A stretch of 45,184 nt of DNA from Myxococcota bacterium (GCA_041611735.1 JBFIML010000036.1:1-45184), one strand, 5' to 3'; shown: positions 1 to 8,847, counted from the stretch's first letter. Translations and numbers: made by a program. Notes: a model not told the origin generated them from the sequence alone.

Positions 1-1
1 C

Positions 2-664
2 CTGATCGAAGCCGCCTCCGCCGTCTTCCTCGAACAGGGCTACCGGCGCACCCAGATGGCGGACGTGGCCGCGCGCCTGGGCGTCGCCAAGGGCACCGTC
101 TACCTCTACGTCGAGAGCAAGGAAGCGCTCTTCGACGCCGTCCTGCGTCACGCCGACCAGAGCGAACCCGTGGCGCTCCCCGAGAAGCTCCCCGTTCCGA
201 CACCGACGCCCGGCGCCACGCTCGAGATGGTGAGGAAGCGCATCGCCGAGCAGGCCGCGCTCCCCGAGCTCGCCGCCGCCCTCGAGCGCCAGCGCGTCGC
301 CGACGTGTGCGCCGAGCTCGAGGCGATCCTACGCGAGCTCTACCGCCTGCTGGCCCGCCACCGCCGCGGCATCAAGCTGCTCGACCGCTGCGCCGCCGAC
401 TACCCGGAGCTGGCCGGCGTCTGGCACGGAACCGGTCGAGAGGGCGCCCTGGCCCTGCTGCGGCGCTACCTCGAAGACCGCATCCGCCGCCGGCGCCTCC
501 CCCCCGTGCACGATGTCGCTGTCACCACGCGCATCGCCCTCGAGACGCTCGTCTTCTGGGCCGTCCACCGCCACTGGGATGCCTCCCCGCAGCCCGTGGA
601 CGAGGCGGTGGCGGAGCAGAGCGCGATCCAGTTCGTCGTGCGCTCGCTCCGGGCCGAGCCGTGA
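2..664 (+). CDS. TetR/AcrR family transcriptional regulator (5'-truncated by window edge)
   Basis: Frame is open from base 2: LIEAASAVFLEQGYRRTQMADVAARLGVAKGTVYLYVESKEALF, a classic TetR HTH. The stop overlaps the next GTG. Confidence 0.93.
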   Translation: MIEAASAVFLEQGYRRTQMADVAARLGVAKGTVYLYVESKEALFDAVLRHADQSEPVALPEKLPVPTPTPGATLEMVRKRIAEQAALPELAAALERQRVADVCAELEAILRELYRLLARHRRGIKLLDRCAADYPELAGVWHGTGREGALALLRRYLEDRIRRRRLPPVHDVAVTTRIALETLVFWAVHRHWDASPQPVDEAVAEQSAIQFVVRSLRAEP

Positions 665-1953
665 GCCACGCCGCCCCCAACCCGCACCTGACGGAGTCCT
701 CCCACGTGCCTTCCGACCCGAACGCTCGCCGTGCCGACCTCGACGCCCTGCGCGTCTTCGCCTGCTACCTGCTGGTCCTCTTCCACGTCGGCATGGTCTT
801 CAACCCGGCGCCCTTCTATCACGTGAGGAACGGCGAGGTGAACCTCGTCTTCCTGATCCTGTGCGGCTTCATCAGCCTCTGGCACATGCCGCTCTTCTTC
901 CTGCTCGCGGGCTGGTCGGCGGCGGCGTCGCTGCGGGCGCGCGGGGTTCTGGACTTCCTGCGCGAGCGGGGCGCCAAGCTGGCCGTCCCGCTTCTGGCCG
1001 CCTGCATCCTGCTCGCGCCCCCGATCAAGTACCTGGAGCTGCGCTCGGGCTTCGATCTGAACCACCGGGGGCTCTGGGTGAGCGAAGAGCTCCAGCAGAG
1101 CTTCCGCCAGGTGATCCCGGTCGAACTCCCGCGCGCCGAGCCCTTCGACGAGAGCTTCCTCGCCTTCCTGCCGACCTTCTTCACCAACCTGGACCGCTTC
1201 AGCTGGTCGCACCTGTGGTTCCTGGCCTACCTGCTCGCGCTGACCCTGGTGCTGCTGCCGGTCTTCGTACTTCTCACCCGGCGCGTGCGCACCAGTGCGG
1301 CCTTGCCCTCGCGGCTCTGGATCTACGCGCCGCTCGCGCCGCTCCTAGCCGTGCAGCTCGGGCTGCGGGAGCGCTTCCCGGGCATCTACAACCTCTACAA
1401 CGACTGGGCCAACATGGCCTACTTCGCGACCTTCCTCGTGGCCGGCTTCGTGCTCTTCCTCGTCCCACGGCTGGGAGATCGCCTGGACCAGGAGTGGCGG
1501 CGCGCGCTGGGCCTCGCTGTGGCTGCGCTGCTGGTGCTGCTCGCCGCGGTGCTCGAGCTCTTCCAGTCCACCCCGGTGGTGCTCACGGCCGCGGCCGTGG
1601 CGGCCTGGTGCTTCGTGGTGGCGCTGCTCGGCTTCGCGGGCGAGCGCGTCCATCCCAGGGGAGCGCGCTTCCGCTATCTGGTGGAGTCGGCTTTTCCCGT
1701 CTACCTGCTGCACCAGTCGGTGATCGTGTTTCTCGCCTACGGGATCGTGGAGCTTCCGCTGAACCTCTTCGTGAAGTTCGTGCTGCTCCTCGCCGGCTCG
1801 CTCGCCGTCACGCTCGTGCTCTTCCACTTCTTGGTGCGCCCCTACGCACCGGTGCGCTTCCTGGCGGGGCTCAAGCGTAAGCGCACGCACCCGGCAGCAA
1901 CCGGACTGGCCGCGACGCGACGCCCCGCGGCTCCCATGCTGGGCAGGTGGTAG
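661..1953 (+). CDS. Acyltransferase-3 family membrane protein (OpgC/MdoC-like)
   Basis: Motifs RRADLDALR, VLFH, WHMPLFFLLAG, HLWFLAYL and FPVYLLHQ, with many TM helices. The start is GTG 661 (overlapping the TetR stop) or GTG 706 (GGAG upstream). Confidence 0.88.
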   Translation: MSHAAPNPHLTESSHVPSDPNARRADLDALRVFACYLLVLFHVGMVFNPAPFYHVRNGEVNLVFLILCGFISLWHMPLFFLLAGWSAAASLRARGVLDFLRERGAKLAVPLLAACILLAPPIKYLELRSGFDLNHRGLWVSEELQQSFRQVIPVELPRAEPFDESFLAFLPTFFTNLDRFSWSHLWFLAYLLALTLVLLPVFVLLTRRVRTSAALPSRLWIYAPLAPLLAVQLGLRERFPGIYNLYNDWANMAYFATFLVAGFVLFLVPRLGDRLDQEWRRALGLAVAALLVLLAAVLELFQSTPVVLTAAAVAAWCFVVALLGFAGERVHPRGARFRYLVESAFPVYLLHQSVIVFLAYGIVELPLNLFVKFVLLLAGSLAVTLVLFHFLVRPYAPVRFLAGLKRKRTHPAATGLAATRRPAAPMLGRW

Positions 1954-1955
1954 CC

Positions 1956-2111
1956 GTGCGCTGCCTCGGACTGCTGGCCGCGGCGTTCGCGATCATCGCA
2001 CCCGTCCCGTCTGCGGCTGCGCCGACGGGCCCGAACTCTCCCGGCTTCACCGCGGGGCGCCAATCGCATCCTGGTTCCGAGCTGCCTTCGCGTCAATACT
2101 CCTCGGGGTAG
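1956..2111 (+). pseudogene. Possible 5' remnant of a secreted-protein gene (51 codons)
   Basis: GTG follows AGGTGG. MRCLGLLAAAFAIIAPVPSAAAP looks like a signal peptide, then the sequence is unrecognisable up to TAG at 2109-2111. Confidence 0.3.
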
Positions 2112-2276
2112 TGGAGAGTCTGGAAGTGCGGAGAACGAGCGCGTCCTATCGGCATGCTCCTCGGCTGTGACGCACTGTCGCAACCGGTGCGCATCGCCAC
2201 ACCCCGCCCACGCATCGCGCACATGCGCCGCTTTCCGCTTGACAGTGAAATCCACTAGTTTGGACTATGTCCGAAG

Positions 2277-2432
2277 GGTGTTGACGTGTCGCATGTGTGT
2301 GATCCAGCTCCGAGCTGCCGGATCGCCGCCGCAACGAGCAACCAGCCGGAGGATGACGGCGGCGACGGAAGCACGGCTCCGGACATCGAGCTCACTGGGG
2401 ATCTCACGCTGAATCTGCGGGCGGAGCGGTCT
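2277..2432 (+). pseudogene. Fragment of an extracellular Ig-like/HYR-type domain ('WPPNH...LRAERSG' type)
   Basis: GVDVSHVCDPAPSCRIAAATSNQPEDDGGDGSTAPDIELTGDLTLNLRAERS matches the pattern CD-P-CxI-SvTSNEP-GDG-TxPD-ITGDLTvnLRAERSG that I recognise from secreted proteins. An in-frame TAG lies at 2256 and the similarity ends after RAERS. Confidence 0.6.
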
Positions 2433-2538
2433 CTCGCACGTGAGCCTGTATGCGACGCAGGTGACGCCGGAGGGGCTGGCTCGATTCGAGCGCGTGCGAC
2501 CCGAAGTGGAGACCCGCGTCGAGTCCCCCACGCGCTGA
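2431..2538 (+). pseudogene. C-terminal fragment of a leucine-rich-repeat protein
   Basis: LSHVSLYATQVTPEGLARFERVRPEVETRVESPTR* resembles the LRR end cap LxxLxLxxTxVTxxGlxxlxxxxP. The frame is closed upstream by TGA at 2410. Confidence 0.45.
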
Positions 2539-2644
2539 CCGGCGCAAGGCGGTCGAGCAGTCTTCAGGAGCCGCCCGACCTCAGGGTCGGCCGGGCTCCG
2601 TGCGAACCAGAGCTTGGTGCGGGTGGGGGTGCCAGACGGCGCCC

Positions 2645-2674
2645 TTGGGCCGGAGTCGCCACGCCGGATACAAT
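2645..2674 (+). promoter_or_regulatory. Putative sigma70 promoter for the K+ channel
   Basis: TTGGGC-N18-TACAAT. A second -10-like TACACT lies at 2743-2748. Confidence 0.4.
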
Positions 2675-2767
2675 CCCCAGGCGGTCGGACGGGTCTGGAA
2701 ACCCGGCTCCCCCCGCCGCGGGTCCCCGCTCCCTCCAGCGCCTACACTGGCCAGCCAGGCAATCGGC

Positions 2768-4534
2768 ATGACGAACTTCCCGGCCCAGATCATCTCGGTG
2801 CTGCGCAGCCGGCGCGGGCAGCGCAACCTGCGCGTCCTGGCGCGCTTCTTCGTGGTGCTGGCCACCATGATCGCCGTCTACTCGGTGATCTTCCACTTCC
2901 TGATGGCACGCGAGGGGCACCAGCACTCCTGGATCACCGGCTTCTACTGGACGCTCACGGTGATGTCGACCCTCGGCTTCGGCGACATCACCTTCCATAC
3001 CGACCTCGGGCGCGCCTTCTCGATCCTGGTGCTGCTCTCCGGAATGATCTTCCTGCTCGTGCTGTTGCCGTTCACGTTCATCGAGTTCTTCTACGAGCCC
3101 TGGGTGAACGCGCAGGCGGCATCGCGCGCTCCGCGCTCGATTCCGGTGGATACGCAGGGGCACGTGGTGCTGACGCACTACGATGAGGTGACGAGCGCCC
3201 TGATCCGGCGCCTGGTCAAGTACCAGTATCGCTACGTCCTGGTCGTGCCCGAGGTCGAGGAGGCGTTGCGTCTCCACGACCTCGGGGTGAACGTGGTGGT
3301 CGGACCTCTGGACGACCCGGAGACCTACGGCAAGGTGCGCATCGAGCAGGCGGCGCTGGTGGTTACGACGACCACCGACGTCACCAACACCAGCGTGGCC
3401 TTCACCGTCCGCGGGCTCACGCCATCGGTGCCGATCATTTCGACGGCGCACGACGAGGCCTCGGTCGACGTTCTGGAGCTGGCCGGCAGCAGTCACGTGC
3501 TGCGGCTTGAGGAGACCATCGGCCAGTCCTTCGCCCGCCGCACGATCGGAGGCGATGCCATGTCGCACGTGATCGGCCGCTTCGACCAGCTGATGATCGC
3601 GGAGGCCACGACCCATCGCACACCGCTGGTGGGAAAGACGCTGCGTGAGAGCAACCTGCGCCAGAAGGTGGGCGTCACGGTCGTGGGGGTCTGGGAGCGC
3701 GGCAACTTCGAGCCGGCGCGGCCGGAGACCTTGATTCACGACAACACGGTGCTCGTGCTGGCGGGCTCGGCCAAGCATCTGTTCCGGTACGACGAGCTCT
3801 TCTGCATCTACAACGTGTCCACCGGCCCCGTGGTGATCCTCGGGGGCGGGCGTGTCGGCCGTGCTACGGCGCGCGCCCTGGCGGCCCGGGATCTCGATTA
3901 CCGCATCGTCGAGCTGCTTCCCGAGCGGGTGCGGGATCCTCGCAAGTACGTGCTCGGGAATGCGGCGGACCTCCACGTGCTGGAGAAGGCCGGCATCCGC
4001 GAGGCGCCGACGGTCATCATCACGCCGCACGATGACGATCTGAACGTCTACCTCACCATCTATTGCCGGCGACTGCGGCCCGACATCCAGCTCCTGAGCC
4101 GGGCCACTCACGAGCGCAACGTGCCGACCCTGCACCGCGCGGGCGCCGACATCGTGATGTCCTACGCGTCGATGGGCGCGAGCACGATGCTGAACTGGCT
4201 CAAGCGCCACCGCACCCTGCTGGTGGCCGAGGGGCTGGACCTCTTCGAGGTGCGCGTCCCCCCTTCCCTCGCGGGACGAAAGATCTCCGAGTCGGAGATC
4301 CGGGAGCGCACCGAGTGCAGCGTGGTCGCGATCCGCCGGCCGCAGGGGATGGAGATCGTGCCGAGCCCGCAGGAGGTGCTCCCGGCCGACGCCGACATCC
4401 TGCTGATCGGAAGCGTCGAGGCCGAGGAACGCTTCCTCACGCTGTACGGCGGCCGCGAGGTCGAAGTCTCGTGGCCCGAGCGCGCTCCCGGACCGCGCAA
4501 GGGTGAACCGAGGGGATTCTCCCGCAGCGAATGA
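2768..4534 (+). CDS. 2-TM potassium channel with tandem RCK (TrkA-N/TrkA-C) domains, GsuK-like
   Basis: Pore/filter YWTLTVMSTLGFGDITF, two RCK units, and GxGxxG (ILGGGRVG) in RCK2. ATG at 2768. Confidence 0.93.
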   Translation: MTNFPAQIISVLRSRRGQRNLRVLARFFVVLATMIAVYSVIFHFLMAREGHQHSWITGFYWTLTVMSTLGFGDITFHTDLGRAFSILVLLSGMIFLLVLLPFTFIEFFYEPWVNAQAASRAPRSIPVDTQGHVVLTHYDEVTSALIRRLVKYQYRYVLVVPEVEEALRLHDLGVNVVVGPLDDPETYGKVRIEQAALVVTTTTDVTNTSVAFTVRGLTPSVPIISTAHDEASVDVLELAGSSHVLRLEETIGQSFARRTIGGDAMSHVIGRFDQLMIAEATTHRTPLVGKTLRESNLRQKVGVTVVGVWERGNFEPARPETLIHDNTVLVLAGSAKHLFRYDELFCIYNVSTGPVVILGGGRVGRATARALAARDLDYRIVELLPERVRDPRKYVLGNAADLHVLEKAGIREAPTVIITPHDDDLNVYLTIYCRRLRPDIQLLSRATHERNVPTLHRAGADIVMSYASMGASTMLNWLKRHRTLLVAEGLDLFEVRVPPSLAGRKISESEIRERTECSVVAIRRPQGMEIVPSPQEVLPADADILLIGSVEAEERFLTLYGGREVEVSWPERAPGPRKGEPRGFSRSE

Positions 4535-4573
4535 GCACACGACAAGCGGCCCCGAGGGCCGGCGGTCTCCCGC

Positions 4574-6130
4574 TCACGGCGCGAGGCCGAGGGCCGCACG
4601 GTCGGGGAAGCCCAGGGCCACCAGGAAGAGCATGCTCCGGCCCGCGGCGTGGGGCGAGAAGAACTCCGTCACCTCGTCGTCGAAGAAGGTGAGTCCCGAG
4701 GCGCCGAAGCGCTGGGCGTAGGCGGCCAGGTAGAGGCGGCCTCCCGTGATGCCTCCCTCGAGCTGGGCGGCCCGGTAGCCGCGATTGCCGAAGCGAGCGA
4801 GCACGGGCGCCAGGTCCACGAGGCTGTAGACGTTCGCCGCCGCGTCGGCCGGGAGCTCCTGACCGAGCCCCAGGCGGCCCGCCGTCTCCCGGAAGGCGCC
4901 CTGGCGCAGGAGCTCGAGGGAGCGCTCCCCTCGCCGATAGTGATAGGCGCCCGGGGCGAGGCCTTCGACGGCGTTCACGATCAGATACAGATCGAGGAGC
5001 GTCGCGCCCGGCGGCTCGAGGAAGTCGGCGGGCACGCCGCGGGTGGCGCGGTCCAGGGCGGTGGAGAGCGCCTCGAGGGGGAGCGAGCGCCCGCGATCGA
5101 AGGCGCGCGTCGAGCCGCGCCGCCGGATCACGCGGTCCAGGGAATCGCGCGGCACGGCTTCGCCCGGCCGCAGGACCGTGAGGGGTCCGGCGGGCGCTGC
5201 CGCGAGCCGCGCGGGTGGGGCCCCGCGCCAGGCTGCGGCCTCGGCGGGGTCCGCCAGGGACGAGGCAGCCTGGGCGGCGCGGATCGCGGGTTCGTCCACC
5301 TCCGTGCGGGAGAGCGGCTCGGTTGCCAGGCGCAGCTCGGGCAGCTCGGGGGCCGGCGGGGACGGACGCCGCCAGCGCCCGAGGGGCACCAGGGTGAGCG
5401 CCCCCTCGCGCATCGGGTCGAGGCCGAGCAGCCGCTCCACGGGCCGGTCGGCCCAGCCCAGCACCACGCGGGGCTCGAGCTCCTCGGTCGCCGCAACGGC
5501 CAGCAGGTTGGCAAGCAGCGTCCCCGCGTCCCAGAAGCAGTGGCGCCAGGCGCGCGCCTGGTACTTCCAGCTGTTGCGCCAGTAGGTGGAGGCGCTGGCG
5601 ACGACCACCGGCGCCCGGGCCAGGTCGGGATTCCCTCCCGACGCCGCCAGCAGGACCCCGCGCCAGTCGCCCTCGCGCAGCCGGCGCAGGGAGAAGTCGT
5701 GGGGCCCGAAGTGGTAGACGCCGGCCGGGAGGTCCGGGAGCTCGCCCGTCACCAGGTAGAGGTCCACGTGATACAGCGCGCCCGTATTGGGATGGGCCCG
5801 GAAGTGGATGTCGCCGCCCGCATGGCGCTTGCGCTTCGTGATCCCCGCCGAGAGCTGGAGCACCCGCGAGAGCACCGTGAGGTCGGGGATCCGTTCGTCC
5901 GCTTCGCTCGCCGGGGCGCGCCCGGGGGCGCGTGCCATGGCCTCGAGGGCGGGGACGTCCTTGCCGGGGAAGTCCCGTCGCAGTGGGATCGGCTCGAGGT
6001 CCCGGTAGAGCTTGAAGGGGAGCGGCTGGTTCTCCCAGTCGAGCACGTGGCGACTGCTGCGGACGCTCCGCGGGCTGTGCCGGGTCGCCTCGTGGTAGGC
6101 GAGGATCGTCCGGGTCTCGCGATTGGGCAT
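4574..6130 (-). CDS. SagB/ThcOx-family FMN dehydrogenase (tandem nitroreductase domains)
   Basis: Motifs YHEATRHS, LDWENQPLPFK, FRAHPNTGALY, WKYQARAWRHCFWDAG, IRRRGSTRAF, RGYRAAQLEGG and GASGLTFFDD. Confidence 0.87.
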   Translation of the reverse strand: MPNRETRTILAYHEATRHSPRSVRSSRHVLDWENQPLPFKLYRDLEPIPLRRDFPGKDVPALEAMARAPGRAPASEADERIPDLTVLSRVLQLSAGITKRKRHAGGDIHFRAHPNTGALYHVDLYLVTGELPDLPAGVYHFGPHDFSLRRLREGDWRGVLLAASGGNPDLARAPVVVASASTYWRNSWKYQARAWRHCFWDAGTLLANLLAVAATEELEPRVVLGWADRPVERLLGLDPMREGALTLVPLGRWRRPSPPAPELPELRLATEPLSRTEVDEPAIRAAQAASSLADPAEAAAWRGAPPARLAAAPAGPLTVLRPGEAVPRDSLDRVIRRRGSTRAFDRGRSLPLEALSTALDRATRGVPADFLEPPGATLLDLYLIVNAVEGLAPGAYHYRRGERSLELLRQGAFRETAGRLGLGQELPADAAANVYSLVDLAPVLARFGNRGYRAAQLEGGITGGRLYLAAYAQRFGASGLTFFDDEVTEFFSPHAAGRSMLFLVALGFPDRAALGLAP

Positions 6131-6207
6131 ACTTGGCCTGGCAGCCGGACGCGCCGTCACGGCCGGAGCGAGGTCCGACCCCGTGCGCCAACTCACAGTT
6201 CGCCTTG

Positions 6208-6236
6208 ATTCTACGCGCTATGCACACAATACGCAG
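6208..6236 (-). promoter_or_regulatory. Putative sigma70 promoter for the SagB-like gene
   Basis: Minus strand CTGCGT-N17-TAGAAT within an AT-richer spacer. Confidence 0.35.
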
Positions 6237-6291
6237 GAGGTGGTGTTCGGGCGGGGCCTTCCGTCCTAGCCTCCTTCCCTTGGGGGGGACC

Positions 6292-6915
6292 ATGGCATCT
6301 GGAGCTCGGACCGTCGCTCTCGTCCTGTTCGCGTCGCTCGTGCTGTCCTGCGCCACCTCCCCGGAACGCCGGGGGCAGCGGCTCTTCGCCGGTTGCCTGG
6401 ACGAGGTGGACGACCGCGCCACCCTGGAGACCGGGCTCTTCGTCTGCAAGGGGGACCGGGACCCGGAGCCCTTCGGGGGCAACGGCCGGGCCTGCGGCGA
6501 TTGCCACGTGCCCGGCGACAACTTCGGGATCTCGGTGGAGCGCATCGCCACCCTGCCCGACGACCACCCGTTCTTCTTCCCGGGCCTCGACGAGGATCTC
6601 GAGCTGCTGAGGACCCGGGGCCTGGTCCACGTCTTCATCCCGGGGATCATCGACGATTTCCGCCGCACGCCGAAGCTGATCCACCTGCAGTCCCAATGCG
6701 ACGAGGACGGCAACTGCGACGCCCTCGGGCTCTTGGGCGACCGGGTCCGCAACCTGTGCATCTTCTCGCTCCAGGCCATCACGAACCACATGGCCAAGAG
6801 CCTCGACCGCATGCCGGGACGGGATTTCCGGATGCCCACCACCCAGGAGTGCGAGTGGCTGGTGGCCTACATGCTGTCCGATCTGGTGGCCGATCAGGAC
6901 GAGCGGAGCCGCTGA
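6292..6915 (+). CDS. Mono-heme c-type cytochrome lipoprotein
   Basis: Signal peptide with lipobox VLSC, heme motif in FGGNGRACGDCH, and a G-rich RBS before ATG 6292. Confidence 0.75.
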   Translation: MASGARTVALVLFASLVLSCATSPERRGQRLFAGCLDEVDDRATLETGLFVCKGDRDPEPFGGNGRACGDCHVPGDNFGISVERIATLPDDHPFFFPGLDEDLELLRTRGLVHVFIPGIIDDFRRTPKLIHLQSQCDEDGNCDALGLLGDRVRNLCIFSLQAITNHMAKSLDRMPGRDFRMPTTQECEWLVAYMLSDLVADQDERSR

Positions 6916-7730
6916 GGCCACCCGAGCAGGCGCGTTGCCAGGAAGCGTTGGGGGTCGCGGCGGCGTTCCGCCAGCAGGTGCTCGATCCCCTCCTCGACGG
7001 CGGCGCGCACCTTCTCGCGCAGGGCGAAGCAGGCAGCGTCGTCGCGTTCCCGATCGGCGAGCGGCGTCGTCGCGATGGGAGCGCCGAAGCGGAAGTAGAA
7101 GCGCTGGGGGCGCGGCAGCCAGGTCGGGCCGAGACCGCGCACGAGCGGCGGCAGGAGATCCGGCCGCGGATGCAGGCGCCGGACCCACGGGCCCAGCGGC
7201 GAGCGCAGCAGGTCGTTCCCGTCCAGCAGGATCTCGTAGCACTCCTCGCCCCCCACCGCCGAGAAGGGGACGATCGGGTAGCCAAACTCGACGGCCAGGC
7301 GCACGAAGCCGATGCGGCGCTTCCAGAGCAGGCGATACTTCTCGCCGCGCCGCTTGAAGACCTCGCGTCCCCCGCCCGGGAAGACGAGCACGTGGGCGCC
7401 GGCGCGCATCAGGGCGCGTGCGTTCTCCCGGGTGCCGTCCACGGTCCCGAAGCGCACCAGGAGGTCGCGCCAGAGCGGAAAGGCGAAGTGCGCGTGGTCG
7501 CCCAGGAAGCGGCAGGTGATCCCGAGCCGGCGCCGCAGCCCCATGGCCATCACGGGAATGTCGAGCACCCCCATGATCGTGTGGTTGCCCACGAAGAGGA
7601 CGGGACGCTGGCGCGGGACGTTCTCGAAGCCCTGGAAGACCGGCGCCGTGAGCCCGTACCACGGGGCCAGCAGCACCTGCGCCAGGGCGACCTCGAGCCG
7701 GTTGGGCGGGCGGGGCAGGTTCGAAGCCAC
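6894..7730 (-). CDS. Lysophospholipid/glycerolipid acyltransferase (PlsC/DGAT2-like)
   Basis: Motifs LFVGNHTIMGVLD, LVFPGGGRE, GFVRLA, PIVPF and FRFGAPI. Confidence 0.9.
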   Translation of the reverse strand: MASNLPRPPNRLEVALAQVLLAPWYGLTAPVFQGFENVPRQRPVLFVGNHTIMGVLDIPVMAMGLRRRLGITCRFLGDHAHFAFPLWRDLLVRFGTVDGTRENARALMRAGAHVLVFPGGGREVFKRRGEKYRLLWKRRIGFVRLAVEFGYPIVPFSAVGGEECYEILLDGNDLLRSPLGPWVRRLHPRPDLLPPLVRGLGPTWLPRPQRFYFRFGAPIATTPLADRERDDAACFALREKVRAAVEEGIEHLLAERRRDPQRFLATRLLGWPQRLRSS

Positions 7731-7736
7731 GGGCGC

Positions 7737-7782
7737 AGTCTAGTGTCCGGCGGCAGATCCGGCGCGCGGAGGGCACTAAGCT
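7737..7782. promoter_or_regulatory. Divergent -10 elements, each 6 nt from a start codon (predicted leaderless mRNAs)
   Basis: Minus strand: TAGACT (7742-7737), 6 nt, GTG 7730. Plus strand: TAAGCT (7777-7782), 6 nt, ATG 7789. Confidence 0.55.
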
Positions 7783-7788
7783 CCCGCC

Positions 7789-8847
7789 ATGGCCGAGGCG
7801 GCGGAGGAGCGACACGCGTCCCGGGCCAGGGCGGGCCGGCCGCAGCCGCCCTGGGCGCGCTGTCTCGAGTGGCGGCTCGTCGCGCGCCTCCGGATCCCCG
7901 CCCCGGCGGCGGGAATCCTGCTCTTCCTCACCCTCTTGGGCGCGTATGCCGGGATGGAGTGGCTGGGGGGTGGCCCGGACGCCGAGGGCGTACGCTGGCT
8001 CGGTCTCTTCACGGAGAGCGAGCTCGGCTTTGCCATCGCGTCCGCCGTGGCCGGCTACGCCCTGGCCGCGGGCGCCGTCATCGCGGCGGGAAACCGGGCC
8101 CACGTGGCGGAGCTGCATGCCTCGGAGCTCCAGGCCGGGGCGCCGCTGCGCGGGGGGCGCGTGGCGGGCGCCGTGGGCCTGCTGGGCGGGCTCGTCTTCG
8201 CCCTCTCGGTGGACCTGGCGGCCCGGGACGTGCTGCGGGCGCGCAGCTTCTCGGGGGACGGGCTGCTCTCGCTCCTGGTGATCGGCCTGGCCTTCTGGCT
8301 CGCGATGCGGGCAGCCTGGTTCACGGTGGACGGGCTCGCCACGGTGGCCCGGGCGGTGGAGCACGAGCTCCCCATCGATCCGCTGGATTCCGCGCGCCTG
8401 GCGCCGCTCGGACGCATGGCCTTGCGGGCTGCCGTCCTGTGGGTGGGAGCGGCGGTGTTGAGCTCGTTCTCGATCGTGCTCACGGACGGAAGCCCGGCGG
8501 AGTTCCTGGTCCTGGGCTTCCTGCTGCTGGTCGCCGTGGGGGCGTTCGTGATCCCGGTGCGCGGCATCCACCGGCGGCTGCGCGAGGAGAAGCGCAGGGA
8601 GCTGGCCCGGCTGCGGGCCGAGATCCGGCGCGACCGCGAGGCGGTGGCCGCCCTGGGCGCCGAGGCCGCCGCCGCGGCCGGACGCCTGCCGGGGCTGCTG
8701 GCCTACGAGACGCGGGTGGAGCGGGCACGCGAGTGGCCCTTCGACACCCCCACCCTGCGCCGCTTCGCGATCGTGCTGCTGCTTCCGCTCGCCTCCTGGC
8801 TGGGCGGCGCCCTGGTCGAGCGGGGCGTGGACCGCTTCCTCGACTGA
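7789..8847 (+). CDS. Hypothetical multi-pass membrane protein
   Basis: About 7 hydrophobic segments, GC3-rich codons, and motifs PVRGIHRRLREEK and EWPFDTPTLRRF. Confidence 0.75.
   Translation: MAEAAEERHASRARAGRPQPPWARCLEWRLVARLRIPAPAAGILLFLTLLGAYAGMEWLGGGPDAEGVRWLGLFTESELGFAIASAVAGYALAAGAVIAAGNRAHVAELHASELQAGAPLRGGRVAGAVGLLGGLVFALSVDLAARDVLRARSFSGDGLLSLLVIGLAFWLAMRAAWFTVDGLATVARAVEHELPIDPLDSARLAPLGRMALRAAVLWVGAAVLSSFSIVLTDGSPAEFLVLGFLLLVAVGAFVIPVRGIHRRLREEKRRELARLRAEIRRDREAVAALGAEAAAAAGRLPGLLAYETRVERAREWPFDTPTLRRFAIVLLLPLASWLGGALVERGVDRFLD

Noticed and set aside
4574..6915. Azole-containing RiPP cluster around the SagB-like gene
   Set aside because: No YcaO, precursor peptide or exporter is nearby.
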